Counted from the first letter of the stretch, positions 1 to 12,326 are shown. The stretch: 64,000 nt of DNA from Geosiphon pyriformis uo1 (GCA_016748015.1 JAAOMT010000494.1:736190-800189); one strand, 5' to 3'. Translations and numbers: made by a program. Notes: generated by a model not told the origin, from the sequence alone.

Positions 1-1457
1 TAGGAGCATTGTTGTTGATAGGTCTGTTGTTTTGATTGTCATTGTTTTTAGGAACTGAAAGGATTGTTGCGATCTCTTGAGAAGTGTCCAGTTAATCCAC
101 AACAGTAGCACACAGGTGGGCCACGATTTTGTTGTCTTTGATAAGGGGGCTATTGGGGCTGATTAAAGTGTGGCTCAAATCTAGGTCTTTGTAGTTGTTG
201 ATTTTCTCTGACTGCTTGGGCTATGGGTTCCAATAGCTGAGCAAGATTGGCTGTAAGTCTATCTATTAATTGTTCATTGAGATCTTGAGTCTGGGCAGTA
301 AAAAAGGTAGCAGCCATTTGGGGAGCAGGAGCCAAAATAGAAGCAGGAGTAAAGACTGGAAGTGTGGATCCCAAATGCATTCTTTGGTTATCTTCAATCT
401 TTTGAGCTAATTCAATGGTTATATCTATTGTAGAATTGTCTTTGAGGGCCAAGAGAGGCCAGAGAGCATATGATAGATCAGTTTTCAATCCTTTTGTGAA
501 GAAGTAAATCTTTTGCTCTTCTGTCCAGTTTCTCCCAGAATCTACATGTTTGATTAACTTTCTGATAGCTTTGGCATATTCAGTCACTACTTCTCCAGGG
601 CCTTGAGTTCTTCTTTCCAGTTCCATGTGCCATTTGGATATTAATATTGGGGTTCTGAATTTTGTTTCAAACTGGGTAGTGGAAGAGGTGTTGTCTTCTC
701 CAGCATTTGCCAGTGCCCATCTAATGATTCTTTGATGAATATTGGCATTGGTTTCTTGTGAAAACCAAGTAGCAGGAGAGCCTTGGAGGTAGCCACCAAC
801 AATTTGAAACTTGTATTTATTATCATATTGGTTTGTTGTGGCAGCTCTCTCAAAATCATCCAGCCATTCGATTGGATTTTGGGTATCACTTCTGAATAAT
901 AGTAATGGGGTGTTGTTTCTTCGCCCTAAAGCAGTCTGTATATCTTGGAGGGCAATCAGAATGTTTTGTTGTAGAGGGTCTTGAGCCATTGGTTCAGGTG
1001 TAACTGTTTGTGTGGAGTGTTCTGATTCACTTGAAAAGAGATCAAAAACAGGAGCAGTTTGATAGCTTTTTTCTTCTGTTTCAAGAGGAGTTTCTGTTGA
1101 TTGATGGACAGCAATCCAAATGTGGATTTGATGATTCAGATATTCGAGATCAGGAGGCTGTTGTTCAAAGGTAGTAAAATATAAGAGCTGATTGATACTG
1201 TTGTTTCTTTCTTCAAAGTCATCTTCAAAATAAGCTTGGTCAAAGTAATAAGTTGTATAAGTTGTGTAGATTTCAGCTGAATGCTTGTTCAAGAACCAGT
1301 TCCAAAAATCTTGGAATTGTCTGCTGAATTGTTCTTCAATGGGAAAGCAAATCAAGCAGGAGGGCAAAGGATTGAGTTCAATAAAGTCTAGATTGTTTTT
1401 GTTGTGTGCTTTAAAGTGTTCTTCTGATTGTTGTAGCAGATATGAATAATCACCCAT
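1..1457 (-). pseudogene. gag: gag of A1 (N-terminal extension, retrotransposon capsid domain, CCHC knuckle after a premature stop)
   Basis: ORF 150..1457 contains FRSDTQNPIEWLDDFERAA and TQGPGEVVTEYA..FTKGL. The zinc knuckle is encoded at about 70-115. Confidence 0.9.
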
Positions 1458-1509
1458 ACAATAGGAAACAAAGTGGATTTTGACAACCTCACAGGAAGCA
1501 CCACTTTTA

Positions 1510-2248
1510 TGTTACAGGTTGGAGTAACAAGCTAACAGATAGCAAGAGAGAACAGAATTGTAGGGTAATGGAAATAATCAAAGGGGAATTCAACTTCAAA
1601 GAGCAAATTGAATGAGTAGGAATTCAATGTGTGAGATCAGTCTTATAAAATATCTCAGTCGCTGTACTTTTCAAAGGTAACTGGGAAATCTGAAGGTAGA
1701 AGGATAGTCCATACTGTCAACAAATGATCACACTTGGTATAATTTTATGCCTCACATCGGTGCTTTTAGAATTCAATATCAAGTATTAGATGTGCTCTTC
1801 AGTCACATTTTATTCAATAATCTTCAAATACTACACTTATACATTTCAGAAAAAGGGTAAGGAATAACCAACAAGTAATCTTTTATCTTTAAGATGTTCA
1901 GATACTTGAAAGTAGGGAAAGGGAAATTAGCAATAAGAGAAGGATTGAGATGAAGTTGTTATTTTATTTCTTTTCTTTCTTTGATTCTTACATACTTTTC
2001 TACAGCTAAGAGATTCATTATTTATATAGCTGTCAAAAGTGATCAATGATCAGATCAATGACTAGGTCAATGATCAGGTCAATGATCAAGTTAATGATCA
2101 GGTCATTGATCAGATTAATGATCAGGTCAATGGTCAGGTCATTGATCAGGTCAATGATCACTTACTAAAAATAGAGTGGCTAATTTATATAACATCAGTG
2201 GCTAATACATGTGATAATTAATAAGAAGTATAAGTTTCAACCATAACA
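1510..2248 (-). repeat. 5' LTR of A1, with a 12-bp TGACCTGATCAT-type array at about 2040-2160
   Basis: Homologous to 2273-2946 in the opposite orientation and adjacent to the PBS. Confidence 0.92.
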
Positions 2249-2272
2249 TTATTATTACACATCTGAAAGCAC
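2249..2272 (+). other. 24-bp sliver of B1 gag left between the A1 and A2 insertions
   Basis: ttattattacacatctgaaagcac joins 12331 onward and matches B2 gag at about 34912-34950. Confidence 0.8.
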
Positions 2273-2946
2273 TGTTACAGTTGAAACCCATAATTTTTAT
2301 TAGTTATCACATGTATTAGTCACTGATGTCATATAATTAGCCACTCTATTTTTAGATAGTGATCATTGACCTGATCAATGACCTAACCGTTGACCTGATC
2401 ATTGACCTAATCAATGACCTGATTGTTGACCTGATCATTGACCTGATCATTGACCTAGTCGTTGACCTGGTCATTGACCACTTTTAATAGCTATATAAAC
2501 GATGAGTCTCTTAGCTGTAGAAAATCATCTCTCAGACAAGAATCAAATAAATAAAAATAACAACTTTCATCTCAAACACTCTCTTATCACTAATTTCTCT
2601 TTCCTGTTTGAATAATTGTAGTATTTGAAGACTATTTGTATAAACATGACTGAAGAGCACAAGTTGATACCTGATATTGAATTCTAAGAGTGCTGACGTG
2701 AAGGCATAGAATTAATACCAGCAGTGATCAATTGTTGACAGTATGGACTATCCCTCTACCTTCAAATTCTCTTGTTACCTTTTGAAAAGAATAGCGAACA
2801 AGATATTTTATGAGACTGATCTTGCACATTGAATCCATACTCATTCAATTCGCTCTTTAAAGTTGAATTCCCTTTTGATTATTTCCATCACCCTACAATC
2901 CTGTTCTCCCTTGCTATCTGTTAGCTTGTTACTCCAACCCGTAACA
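2273..2946 (+). repeat. 5' LTR of A2
   Basis: Direct repeat of 11670-12326 with TGTTA..TAACA ends. Confidence 0.95.
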
Positions 2947-2952
2947 TAAAAG

Positions 2953-2969
2953 TGGTGCTCCCTGTGAGG
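2953..2969 (+). promoter_or_regulatory. Primer-binding site, tRNA-Ile(UAU)-like
   Basis: TGGTGCTCCCTGTGAGG is the complement of CCUCACAGGGAGCACCA, which resembles eukaryotic tRNA-Ile(UAU) 3' ends (from memory). It recurs after every 5' LTR whose PBS side is in the window. Confidence 0.8.
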
Positions 2970-2998
2970 TTGTCAAAATTCACTTATTCTCTTATTGT

Positions 2999-4551
2999 AT
3001 GGGTGATTACTCATATCTGCCACAGCAATCAGAAGAACACTTTGCAGCACACAACAGAAATGACCTAGATTTCATTGAACTTAATCCTTTGCCCTCCTGC
3101 TTGATCTGCTTTTCCATTGAAAAACAATCCAACAGACAATTCCAAGACTTTTGGAACTGGTTCCTGAATGAGCATTCAGCTGAAACCTACACAACTTATA
3201 CAACCTATTACTTTGATCAAGCTTATTTTGGAAGAAAGAAACAACAGTATCAATCAGCTCTTATATTTTACAACCTTTGAACAACAGCCCCCTGATTTTG
3301 AATATCTGAATTATCAAATCCACATTTGGATTGCTGTCCATCAATCAACAGTAACTCCCCTTGAAACAGAAGAAGAAAGCTACCAAACAGCCCCTATTTT
3401 TGATCTCTTCTTAAGTGAATCAGAGCACTCCACACAAACAGTAACTTCTGAACCAATGGCCCAAGATCCAATGCAATTAAACATCCTGGCTGCCCTCCAA
3501 GGCATACAAACTGCTTTGGGATGAAGAAACAACACCCCACTACTCCTATTCAGAGGTAATGCCCAAGATTCAATTGAATAGTTGGACAATTTTGAAAGAG
3601 CAGCCACTGCAAACCAGTATGATGATGAATACAAGTTCCAAATCGTTGGTGGCTATCTCCAAGGCTCCCCTGCTACCTGGTTTTTACAAGAAACCAATGC
3701 TGGTGCTTAACAAAGAATTGTTAGATGGACCCCAGCAAATATTGGAGAAAACAACACCTCTTTTACTATCTGGTTTGAAAACAAATTCAGAACCCCTATC
3801 TTAATATCCAAATGGTGTATGGAATTAGAAAGAAGAACCCAAGGTTCTGGTAAAATTGTGACCGAATATGCCAAAGCAATCAGAAAACTCATCAAGCGTG
3901 TAGACTCTGATAGAAACTGGACTGAAGAGCAAAAGATCCACTTCTTCACAAAAGGATTGAGAACTGATTTATCATATGCTCTTTGGCCTCTCTTGGCTTT
4001 AAAAAATAATCCCACCATGGATACGGCCATTGAACTCACCCAAAGAATTGAAGACAATCAAAGAATGCATTTGGGATCCACACTTCCAGTTTTTGCTTCT
4101 GCTTCTGTTATGGCTCCTATTTCTCAAATGGCCGCTACTTCTTTTGCTGCCCAAACCCAAGACCCAAGACCCAAATGAACAATTGATAGATAGACTCACA
4201 GCTAACCTTGCCTGGTTATTAGAACTGTTGGCACAAGCAGTTAGAGATAACCAGCAACTACCAAGACATAGATATGAACCTCATTTTAACCAGCCCCAGC
4301 AACCTCTCTATCAAAGACAGCAAAATCATGGCCCACCTGTGTGCTATTGTTGTGGATTAACTAGACATTATTCAAGAGATTGTAACAATCCTCCACTGCC
4401 TCCTCCAGCTCCCAGAAACAATAACAACCAAAACAACAGACTCAACAACCACAACAATGTCCCCAATCAAAGACCCAATTATGCTAACATTAATTTCTTT
4501 GGAGAGGATCTCCTAGTAGAAGCCACTGTTTATCAGCCTTTAAACTGGTAG
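2999..4551 (+). pseudogene. gag: gag of A2
   Basis: Broken ORFs homologous to A1 gag. CCHC knuckle CYCCGLTRHYSRDC. Confidence 0.9.
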
Positions 4552-4580
4552 GTGCACCTCCAAAGGGTGAGAGTGCAAGC
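4539..4580 (+). promoter_or_regulatory. -1 ribosomal frameshift signal (U UUA AAC plus downstream stem-loop)
   Basis: Heptamer at 4539-4545 is in the correct gag phase just before the gag stop. The -1 frame is open into pol. TGCACCTC..GAGAGTGCA stem follows. Conserved in A3 at 48843-48849. Confidence 0.8.
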
Positions 4581-5850
4581 CAACCAGAAGAAAACCCCTT
4601 TTACGCTTTTAACTTAACTGATGATGACTATGACATGGATGAACTAGCAATCAACACCTCAGAACCAACCAGAAAAAAGAAAAAAGCCAAGGTTGATTTC
4701 GTTCTAGACCCCAACAAAGCCTCAACTTCTGCCACTGATAACAATGAGCCACCAAAGGCTAAAGTTTTTAAGAATCCTCCAAAGTTGGAACTCCCAGAAA
4801 TTGTACAAAAATCTGGACCATATTCCGTTGTCAAAGATCTCATGGAAACCCCAGCACATATTACCTTTGGCTAGTTAATGACCCACCCACAGTTCAGAAA
4901 AGATCTTTACAAATCCTTGATTCCAAAGAAAAAGACACCAAAAACCAACAAGCACCCTCGCCAAGCTGGACTTGCTGACAACAGCAATGTCACTCCTTTG
5001 ATTTGTAAAGCCCAAGTGGCTGGATACTTCATTGAACAGTGAATCATCTGTTAGTGTCATTGCCAAACACTTCTTAGAAGCAATTGGTAGAAAGATTGAT
5101 GAATCTTCCACCAGACCAATGACCAACATACATGGTGACAAAAAGAAAGGACTGGGTATTGCCAAAGCTGTTCCTGTCTGCATCAATGAAATCAGCATTG
5201 AAACTAACATGGAAGTTTCTGAAGCCAAGGAATACACTATCATTGTTGGCAATGAATGGCTCAAGAAAGCAAAAGCTTTGCTTGATTATGAACTTTGTGA
5301 ATTAACCATCAGATGTGGTGAGAAATCCATTGTGGTTAAGTGTCACCATTGGACAACTTCCCCAGTACCCAAACAAAACCAAGAAGAAGAACAATCAGAT
5401 GAATCAGATGATGAAGAGAGTGATGAAGAAAAAGAATAAAAAGAGCAAGAAGAAACTACTGAATTTGCCTATACCACCTTCATCAGCAATGGCAAACCAT
5501 TGGACAATGTTAAAGCAGACAAAGAAGGAATCATTGTAAATGGCAAGCTAATCTGCTGGCCTTATTATGATATTCTTAGAAGAACCTTTGAAAGAAAACC
5601 TGGCAAGAAAGCCAAATACAGTTTTTGGTGGCATGGTCTTTGTGCCCAGTGTTGGTGCAACAAACCCTTGTATTTTCCAAGTGATGAATACAAATCATGC
5701 CTGATCTATTACAGAGATTGGAAACCAATCAGTTTGATACCCAGAGAAGAATTAAAAGAAGTACAGAAGTCCTTTGAGAATAAACCACCTGAGATCCAAT
5801 TACTGGGTGTAGAACAAAAAGAACTCTCCCCAGAAGAAAAAAAAATAGAC

Positions 5851-8211
5851 CCTAAATTTCATGACCACGAATAGAGCTAAGAGTAAAAAAGTTGCAAACG
5901 TTACTTTTCCTATAGTAATTAATAAAGTTTCAACATGAGAGGGTCTCTCTGTTATTGAAGCAGCTAGACAAAATGTTCTGGCAACATTTCCTTTAAAAAA
6001 TAATAGTAATAAACTGCCTTTAGTGGCTTTTGGTTCATTTTCTTTACCTTTGGCTGGTAGTTCTTTCCCAGTCAAAGTTCCTTCAAAAAGACACACTTGG
6101 GTTAGTCCCAGTGTTGTCTCCACTACTTCAAAAAGCCCAAAGATTTTTAATAACAGGCCAGTCAACAAGTTGGTCTTTCTTGCTCTCACCACTCCCACTA
6201 TTACTTCTACTACTACTGCTTCACAAATGGCCATGAAAGCCAAAAATTCCAAAAAACAGCAGCAGGCAGTCGCAACTGCTATGGTCACACCAAAGCCCTT
6301 TGTGGTTCCAGATGAGATTTTCAGTAAGATCTCCACAGCAGCAGCCAGCCCTATTCCTGATAGGGATGGCAACAGCAGCAGCACATCTCCCAAGTTGGGC
6401 CAAGATCAACCACTGGCTGTGTTGCCTGATGTGATACTTTCTGGTATCAATCCAGATGATCTCAAAGATTGGGCTGATCAGATGGAAATCAAATCAACTG
6501 TGCCCCCCCCAGTTTCTGGTGCATCTGATGCTAGTGCTTGGGAGAATGTAAATGAACATCAAAAGTTCTCTGGTTGGGTGGCCTCCAATCTTGTACCTAG
6601 TGCTACATTTAAGATTAAGATGGCTTTGCTCAGTTCCTTGTTTCAGTTGATGCCTGGTTGTATTGGGCTTAAATCTGTTTCACGAGATGCTGTCAAGTTG
6701 TTCTGTATGGAATTTGCATCTCAGGAGTGTCTAAATGGCACTACCAAAGTGGCCATTGGTGATGAGATTTTTTTAACTACTCTTAAGATTGCATGGTCTT
6801 TGGGAGTGGCCTTTGTTTCTTCCCCTTCTTTGTCAGTTGCACTGTGTGATGTACCCTTGGGTGTCTCTTCTGATGACATCAAATCTGCTCTTGGCATTTT
6901 TGGTGTTGTCACTTCTGTTAAGTTGAAGTCTGCTGGCTTATGGCAATATGCTGTGGTTAACTTTAAGGACATTTCTTCTGCTGCTGCTGCTCTCTCTAAC
7001 TGGTCTGTGTTGGTCAGAAAAAATAGCATTAGGATTCTTCTTATTGCCAACCAAAAAGAAGTTATCTCCTCAAGAGACACTTTCAAAGCTAAGCTGGTTA
7101 ATCTTCCATTTGGTTGCACTGTATTTGAGATAAGTGATCTGGTCTCTCAAGTTGGTGGCCATACATGTTTCATTCCCCGCTCCCCTGATTCCTATTGACG
7201 TCAATGCTTTGCTGTGGTGACTTTTGATTCCTTGGAATCTTTAAATGCTGCTGTTTCAAAAACCAGTACCTTACATGGCTGCTGCATCTGGTGGGAAACT
7301 CCTGGATGTCATTGCTGCTATAGATGTCAAAGTTTGAATCATTTGGCTGTGGACTGCAAGGTGTTGCCACCTCTCCCTTCTAAACTCTCTTCTAATTCTG
7401 CTGGTAGTTCTGTTTTTCTCAAGTCATCCCTTGTTGGAGCTAAATTTTATGCCAAAGCTGCCACTTCTGTGGTTCTTCCTGTTGCTGCTGCTGCTGATAC
7501 AGGTCTGGCTTTCAGTACCTTCCCCAAAGTTGTGGTGCTGCTATTGCCGGTTGTCTCCTCTGGTTCAGATGTTGCTGTTAATGCTAGATTGGCTTCTCTG
7601 GAAACCCAACTTAGTGAACTGTCTTTGTTGATCAAGTCTATAGTTGAACTTGTGGGTTCTTTGGTTGCATTGGTTACTACATTATTGTCTACTCTACCAG
7701 TTATGGCTGAGGCAATGAAGGAAAGTGTGATTGGATTGGGAAACCAAATTAAGGCTGTTTGTGCTGTGGCTTCTGTACTGCAAAAAAAAGTGGGAGCCCT
7801 CAAGTTGAGGAGTGAGAAGGTACACTATAACATATCTGATGATGAAGACATGGATGATGATGATGATGATGGTGATGCTAAAGATTTTTTGGTCTATGAT
7901 GATATATTTGATGTGATGATGAAGTTAAGGAAGGTTCAATCCTCCAATATCAAGTCCAATCCAGATCAGACGGCTAAGTGGATGAGCAGTCTTGTTAAGA
8001 GTAGTTATGAACTGGTATGCATTATGGGTAAGATGTATGAATTAGATATGTTTAATACATTAGGTAGCAAAGATAGTACTAACATATAGTTAGGACTTTC
8101 CACTTGTGATTAGCCACATCTTGTAATATGTATTATTGGGTGAGCTGGCTTTATGAAACCGCCACATTACTGTGGACTAACTAATAAACGACCGGCGTGG
8201 CTACACGTTAA

Positions 8212-8247
<36 letters not shown>
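5851..8247 (+). mobile_element. ORF1-only (HAL1-like) non-autonomous non-LTR retrotransposon
   Basis: TSD A9-TAGAC at 5837-5850 and 8248-8261. Poly(A) from 8213. One ORF1 followed directly by a 3' UTR homologous to the LINE tail at 31999-32127. Confidence 0.9.
5861..8089 (+). pseudogene. LINE ORF1-like nucleic-acid-binding protein (RRM-like domains, CCHC knuckle, coiled coil), about 742 codons with two in-frame TGA stops
   Basis: ATG 5861 is in frame with ORFs 6023..7198 and 7214..8089. Stops at 5936 and 7196. Motifs VALCDVPLG..YAVVNF, AKLVNLPFG..AVVTF and CYRCQSLNHLAVDC. Confidence 0.85.
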
Positions 8248-8258
<11 letters not shown>

Positions 8259-9699
8259 GACATTGAAAATTTGCTGGCTAGAAATAGCCCAGTTATTTCC
8301 AAAGAAAGTGATACCCCTGGATGTATCCATGTGATACAACACACTATTACCACCAGAGAAACTTGACCCATCCATTTGAAGCCTTATCAATCCAATTGGC
8401 ACAATGATGAGTTTATCAAAAAAGAAATAAACCAGATGAAAAAACTTGGATTCATACAAGAAACCAAGAGTAAATGGGCTTTCTCAGTTGTAGTGGTATC
8501 CAAGAAAGGTGGAACATTATGCTTTTGTGTCGACTACTGCCAATTAAATGCCATCACTGAAAGAGACATGTACCCACTTCCCAAGATTAATGCAATATTA
8601 GACCAATTCAAAAATGCTGCTTTTTTCTCAACCATTGACTTAACTGCTGGATTCTGGCAAGTAGAGATGGATCCAGAAAACAGAAAGAAAACTGCCTTCA
8701 TCACCAAGTATAGCACCTATGAATTCACAGTCATGCCTTTTGGTCTTACCAACACCCCTCCTACTTTTCAATGCTTAATGAATAAAGTATTTGAATCAGT
8801 CAAGGAAAACTTTGTTTTAGGCTATTTGGACGACATAATGGTATACTCAAAAACCTGGGATGAACACCTAGAACATTTGTAAAAGGTTTTTGACCTCCTC
8901 AGAAATATTGGTCTTAAAATCAATCCAATTAAATCTTTCTTTGGAAGACAATTCACCCAGTTCCTTGGTCATCTTATCACAAAAGATGGAATCTTTTCTG
9001 ACCCAGCCAAAGTTGAAAAAGTCCAAAACATCAAACAACCAATGAACATTCATGAACTATGCTCTTTTCTTGGTTTGGCCTCTTATTATCACAAATTTGT
9101 CAAGGATTTCTCCAAAATCGCCTCTCCTCTCAATCAGCTACTCAGGAAAAATGTCAATTACCATTGGGGAACACATCAGCAAAAAGCCTTTGAAACTTTA
9201 AAAGAAAAACTGGTTACAGAACCCATCCTCAAGCAACCTGATCTAGATCGACCCTTTATTCTCCACACTGATGCATCTGGCTTTGGACTTGGTGCTGTTC
9301 TCTCCCAGAAAGATGAAGATAGCAAAGAACATGCCATAGCCTATGCCAGTAGAACCCTTTCTCCAGCAGAACAGAACTATTCAGTAACTAAACAAGAATG
9401 CTTAGCAGTAGTATGGTCTACCAGTTACTGGAGTAAGTATCTTCTTGGTGTGAAGTTTTTGGTGGTAACAGATCACCAAGCTTTGGTTTGGCTGCACAAC
9501 AAAAAGAGGCTAGAACACAAATAGATAACTCGCTGAATACTCCACTTGGATAAATTAGACTATAATATTCAACATCACAAAGAAGTTAATCATCAAAATG
9601 CTGACGCTCTCTCCAGACTTACTATTCAGTAACAGAACAACCCTCTCAAACCAAACCAACTTAATTATTAGTAATTCCCTCTTTTTGACAAACACAATA

Positions 9700-11013
9700 A
9701 TGGACTTGGATAACTACTCTGCCTTAATGGAATTTTTGGGTAAAGAACAATACCCATCGAAATACACACGACAACAAAAAGAACATTTGCACAAACAATC
9801 AAATTTCTATTTAATTTGCCAGAACCAACTTTATAAAAGAAATAGAAAAGATCCTGACTGCCTCCAAAGAGTCATCAGATTTAAAGAAAGAAAAATTGTA
9901 ATCTACAATATGCACACTGATCCATTAGCTGGACACTTTGGAAAAACAAAAACAATTCAGAAAACTCTAGCTCGCTATTATTGGCCTATCTTGGAAAAAG
10001 ACATTGCTGAATACATCAAAACTTGTAATATCTGCCAAAGAAGAGGAAAACCCAATCGCAAAGAAGATATTCATCCAATTTTTGTTGGTCAACTTTTTGA
10101 CAAAATTAGTATAGATGTTGTTGGACCTTTAACAATAACTCCTAATGGCAACAGATACATTATTACAGCTACCGACTATCTTATAAAGTGGGTAGAAGCA
10201 AAAGCCACTCCAGACCAAACAGCAGTCTTAATAGCCAATTTCATTTATGAAGATATCATTTGTTGCCATGGCTGTTCCAAAGAACCTTTATCTGACAAAG
10301 AAAGAGCTTTTCTCAGTACACTTGTTAAAGAACTTTGCAGAAAAATGGGAATACATCACAAACTTTCCTTATCTTATCACCCCCAAACAAATGGTCTAGT
10401 AAAACGTTTCAATAGAACACTATGTGAAACCTTAGTCAAAACCAGCAAAGAAACAAACTTATGAGACAAAGTACTGCCTTCAGCTTTGTTTGCTTATAGA
10501 ACTGTAAATCATGACATAACAAGTTATGAACCCTTTTATCTACTCTATGAATGAATGGCAACCCTACCAATAGAAATTGACATTGAAACAATACTCTTTG
10601 AAGAAATAACAATAGGGAATTACAAAGACATTTTGCAAAGAAGCCTTGGTACCATTCTTGACTCATTAGTAGAAGCATAGATAATTGTCTTTAAAAAGAT
10701 AAAACAATTCCAAGAGAAGCTTAAGAAAAAGAAACCATATAAAACACTTTCCTTAAGTGTTGATGACTTAGTTTTAAAATACCATTCAGACAGAGACAAT
10801 GTCTATGGTGATAAATTCTCTAGCTGGTAGAAAGGACTCTTTATAATCAACAAAGTTTTGAACAATGGTTCATATATCTTACAAGATCAATATGAAACAA
10901 TCTTCAATAATCGCCCTGTTCATGGCACATGACTCAAGAAATATCACAAATGACCTGATTGGTTACTTGTTGTGGTAATACCAACCCAAATGATCAACAA
11001 AAATCAGATATAA
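9700..11013 (+). pseudogene. Integrase of A2 (separate frame from RT-RH)
   Basis: HHCC (MHTDPLAGHFG..CNIC), DDE core (IDVVGP, LSD, HPQTNGLVKRFN) and a degenerate GPY/F-type tail. Confidence 0.9.
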
Positions 11014-11700
11014 ATAATTGCACCATTCCCAAAACAGAGGTATCTTCAATCGACATGAATAATTATTTCCTAGATCAAAACATTCTACACTTTCCATGAG
11101 TACTGGATCAAAAACTATCCAAATGCTACTCTGACCATTGAAAAACAAACCACCATAACTGATAACAGTGGAACACATACTGTTATTAGACCAAAGAAAA
11201 CAACTACCAAAAGAGAAAGAATTGGTAGCAAAATGGATAAGTATTTGCTAGAAAGCATAACAGCAGCAATACTTACACCTTCCATGACAATTGGAAAAAC
11301 GATTATGGAAATCTTGCCCATAGACAAAAACTTGTTATATGGAAGACAACAAGAACTCTATGGTCGTTTTGGTGAAATCATAGAATAAATGAAGCTCATA
11401 AAGAAAACAACTTCAGAGATACAAGTGGAAATTTTAGGTATTATATGTTTAAATGTTCCAAAAGTTTTGATCATTGCAAGAAGAGCCAAAACTCTTATAG
11501 AAAGATTTGGTTTCTTGGATACAAAGCTTATTTCGCCTCAAGTACTATACACTCTATCCACAAAAGACTTCAACAAACTAGTTAGTTTTGAGTTAGACAA
11601 AACCCTTCAATTAGAATACCCTATAAATAACTTGATTTTGCTGGAGCTTAATCTCTTTGGAGAGGATGATGTTATAATTGAAACCCATAATTTTTATTAA
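10990..11700 (+). pseudogene. ORF3-like helical domain of A2, in the same frame as integrase
   Basis: Continuous frame broken only by TAA/TGA/TAG stops that C-to-T changes can explain. Includes ORF 11389..11700 and runs through the PPT. Confidence 0.6.
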
Positions 11701-12326
11701 TTATCACATGTATTAGTCACTGATGTCATATAATTAGCCACTCTATTTTTAGATAGTGATCATTGACCTGATCATTGACCTAGTTGTTGATCTGATCATT
11801 GACCACTTTCAATAGCTATATAAGCAATGAGTCTCTTAGCTGTAGAAAATCATCTCTCAGACAAGAATCAAATAAATAAAAATAACAACTTTCATCTTAA
11901 TCACTCTCTTATCGCTAATTTCCCTTTCCCTACTTTTAAGTATCTGAACATCTTAGGATAAAAGATTACTTGTTGGCCTTTTCCTGTTTAAATAATTGTA
12001 GTATTTGAAGACTATTTGTATAAACATGACTGAAGAGCACAAGTTGATACCTGATATTGAATTCTAAGAGTGCTGACATGAAAGCATAGAATTAATACCA
12101 GCAGTAATCAATTGTTGACAGTACGGACTATTTCTCTACTTTCAGATTCCCTTGTTACCTTTTGAAAAGAATAGCAACTGAGATATTTTATGAGACTGAT
12201 CTCGCACATTGAATCCATACTTATTCAATTCACTCTTTAAAGTTGAATTTCCCTTTGATTATTTCTATCATCCTACAATTCTGTTCTCCCTTGCTATCTA
12301 TTAGCTTGTTACTCCAATCTGTAACA
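11670..12326 (+). repeat. 3' LTR of A2
   Basis: Preceded by the PPT and followed by the GCAC TSD. It has fewer 12-bp units and an extra ~50-bp block compared with the 5' LTR. Confidence 0.95.

Larger units (their letters stand above)
1..2248 (-). mobile_element. Ty3/Gypsy LTR retrotransposon family A, copy A1 (5' LTR, PBS and gag; the rest lies left of the window)
   Basis: Reverse complement of the A2 LTR/PBS/gag. LTR 1510-2248 with TGTTA..TAACA ends, PBS at 1487-1503. Confidence 0.93.
4546..9632 (+). pseudogene. pol: pol of A2 (aspartic protease, short Cys motif, RT, RNase H), split by the insertion at 5851-8247
   Basis: Protease-like IIVGNEWL. RT motifs FCVDY, MPFGLTN, YLDD. RNase H LHTDASGFGLGAVL. 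Ends NADALSRLTIQ*. Confidence 0.92.
2273..12326 (+). mobile_element. Complete family A Ty3/Gypsy element A2 (decayed), with GCAC TSD and a nested non-LTR insertion
   Basis: LTRs 2273-2946 and 11670-12326. TSD gcac at 2269-2272 and 12327-12330. PBS 2953-2969, PPT about 11658-11669. Domain order gag-PR-RT-RH-IN. Confidence 0.96.

Noticed and set aside
1487-1503. tRNA gene fragment ending in CCA
   Set aside because: It is the PBS of minus-strand A1 and there is no cloverleaf.
5800-6393. Antisense ORFs such as 5800..6393, 6721..7119, 14041..14514 and 62340..62738
   Set aside because: They are shadows of sense-strand transposon ORFs, with no motifs and no consistent conservation between copies.
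8208-8459. ORF ending in poly-Phe
   Set aside because: It is the reverse reading of the poly(A) tail.
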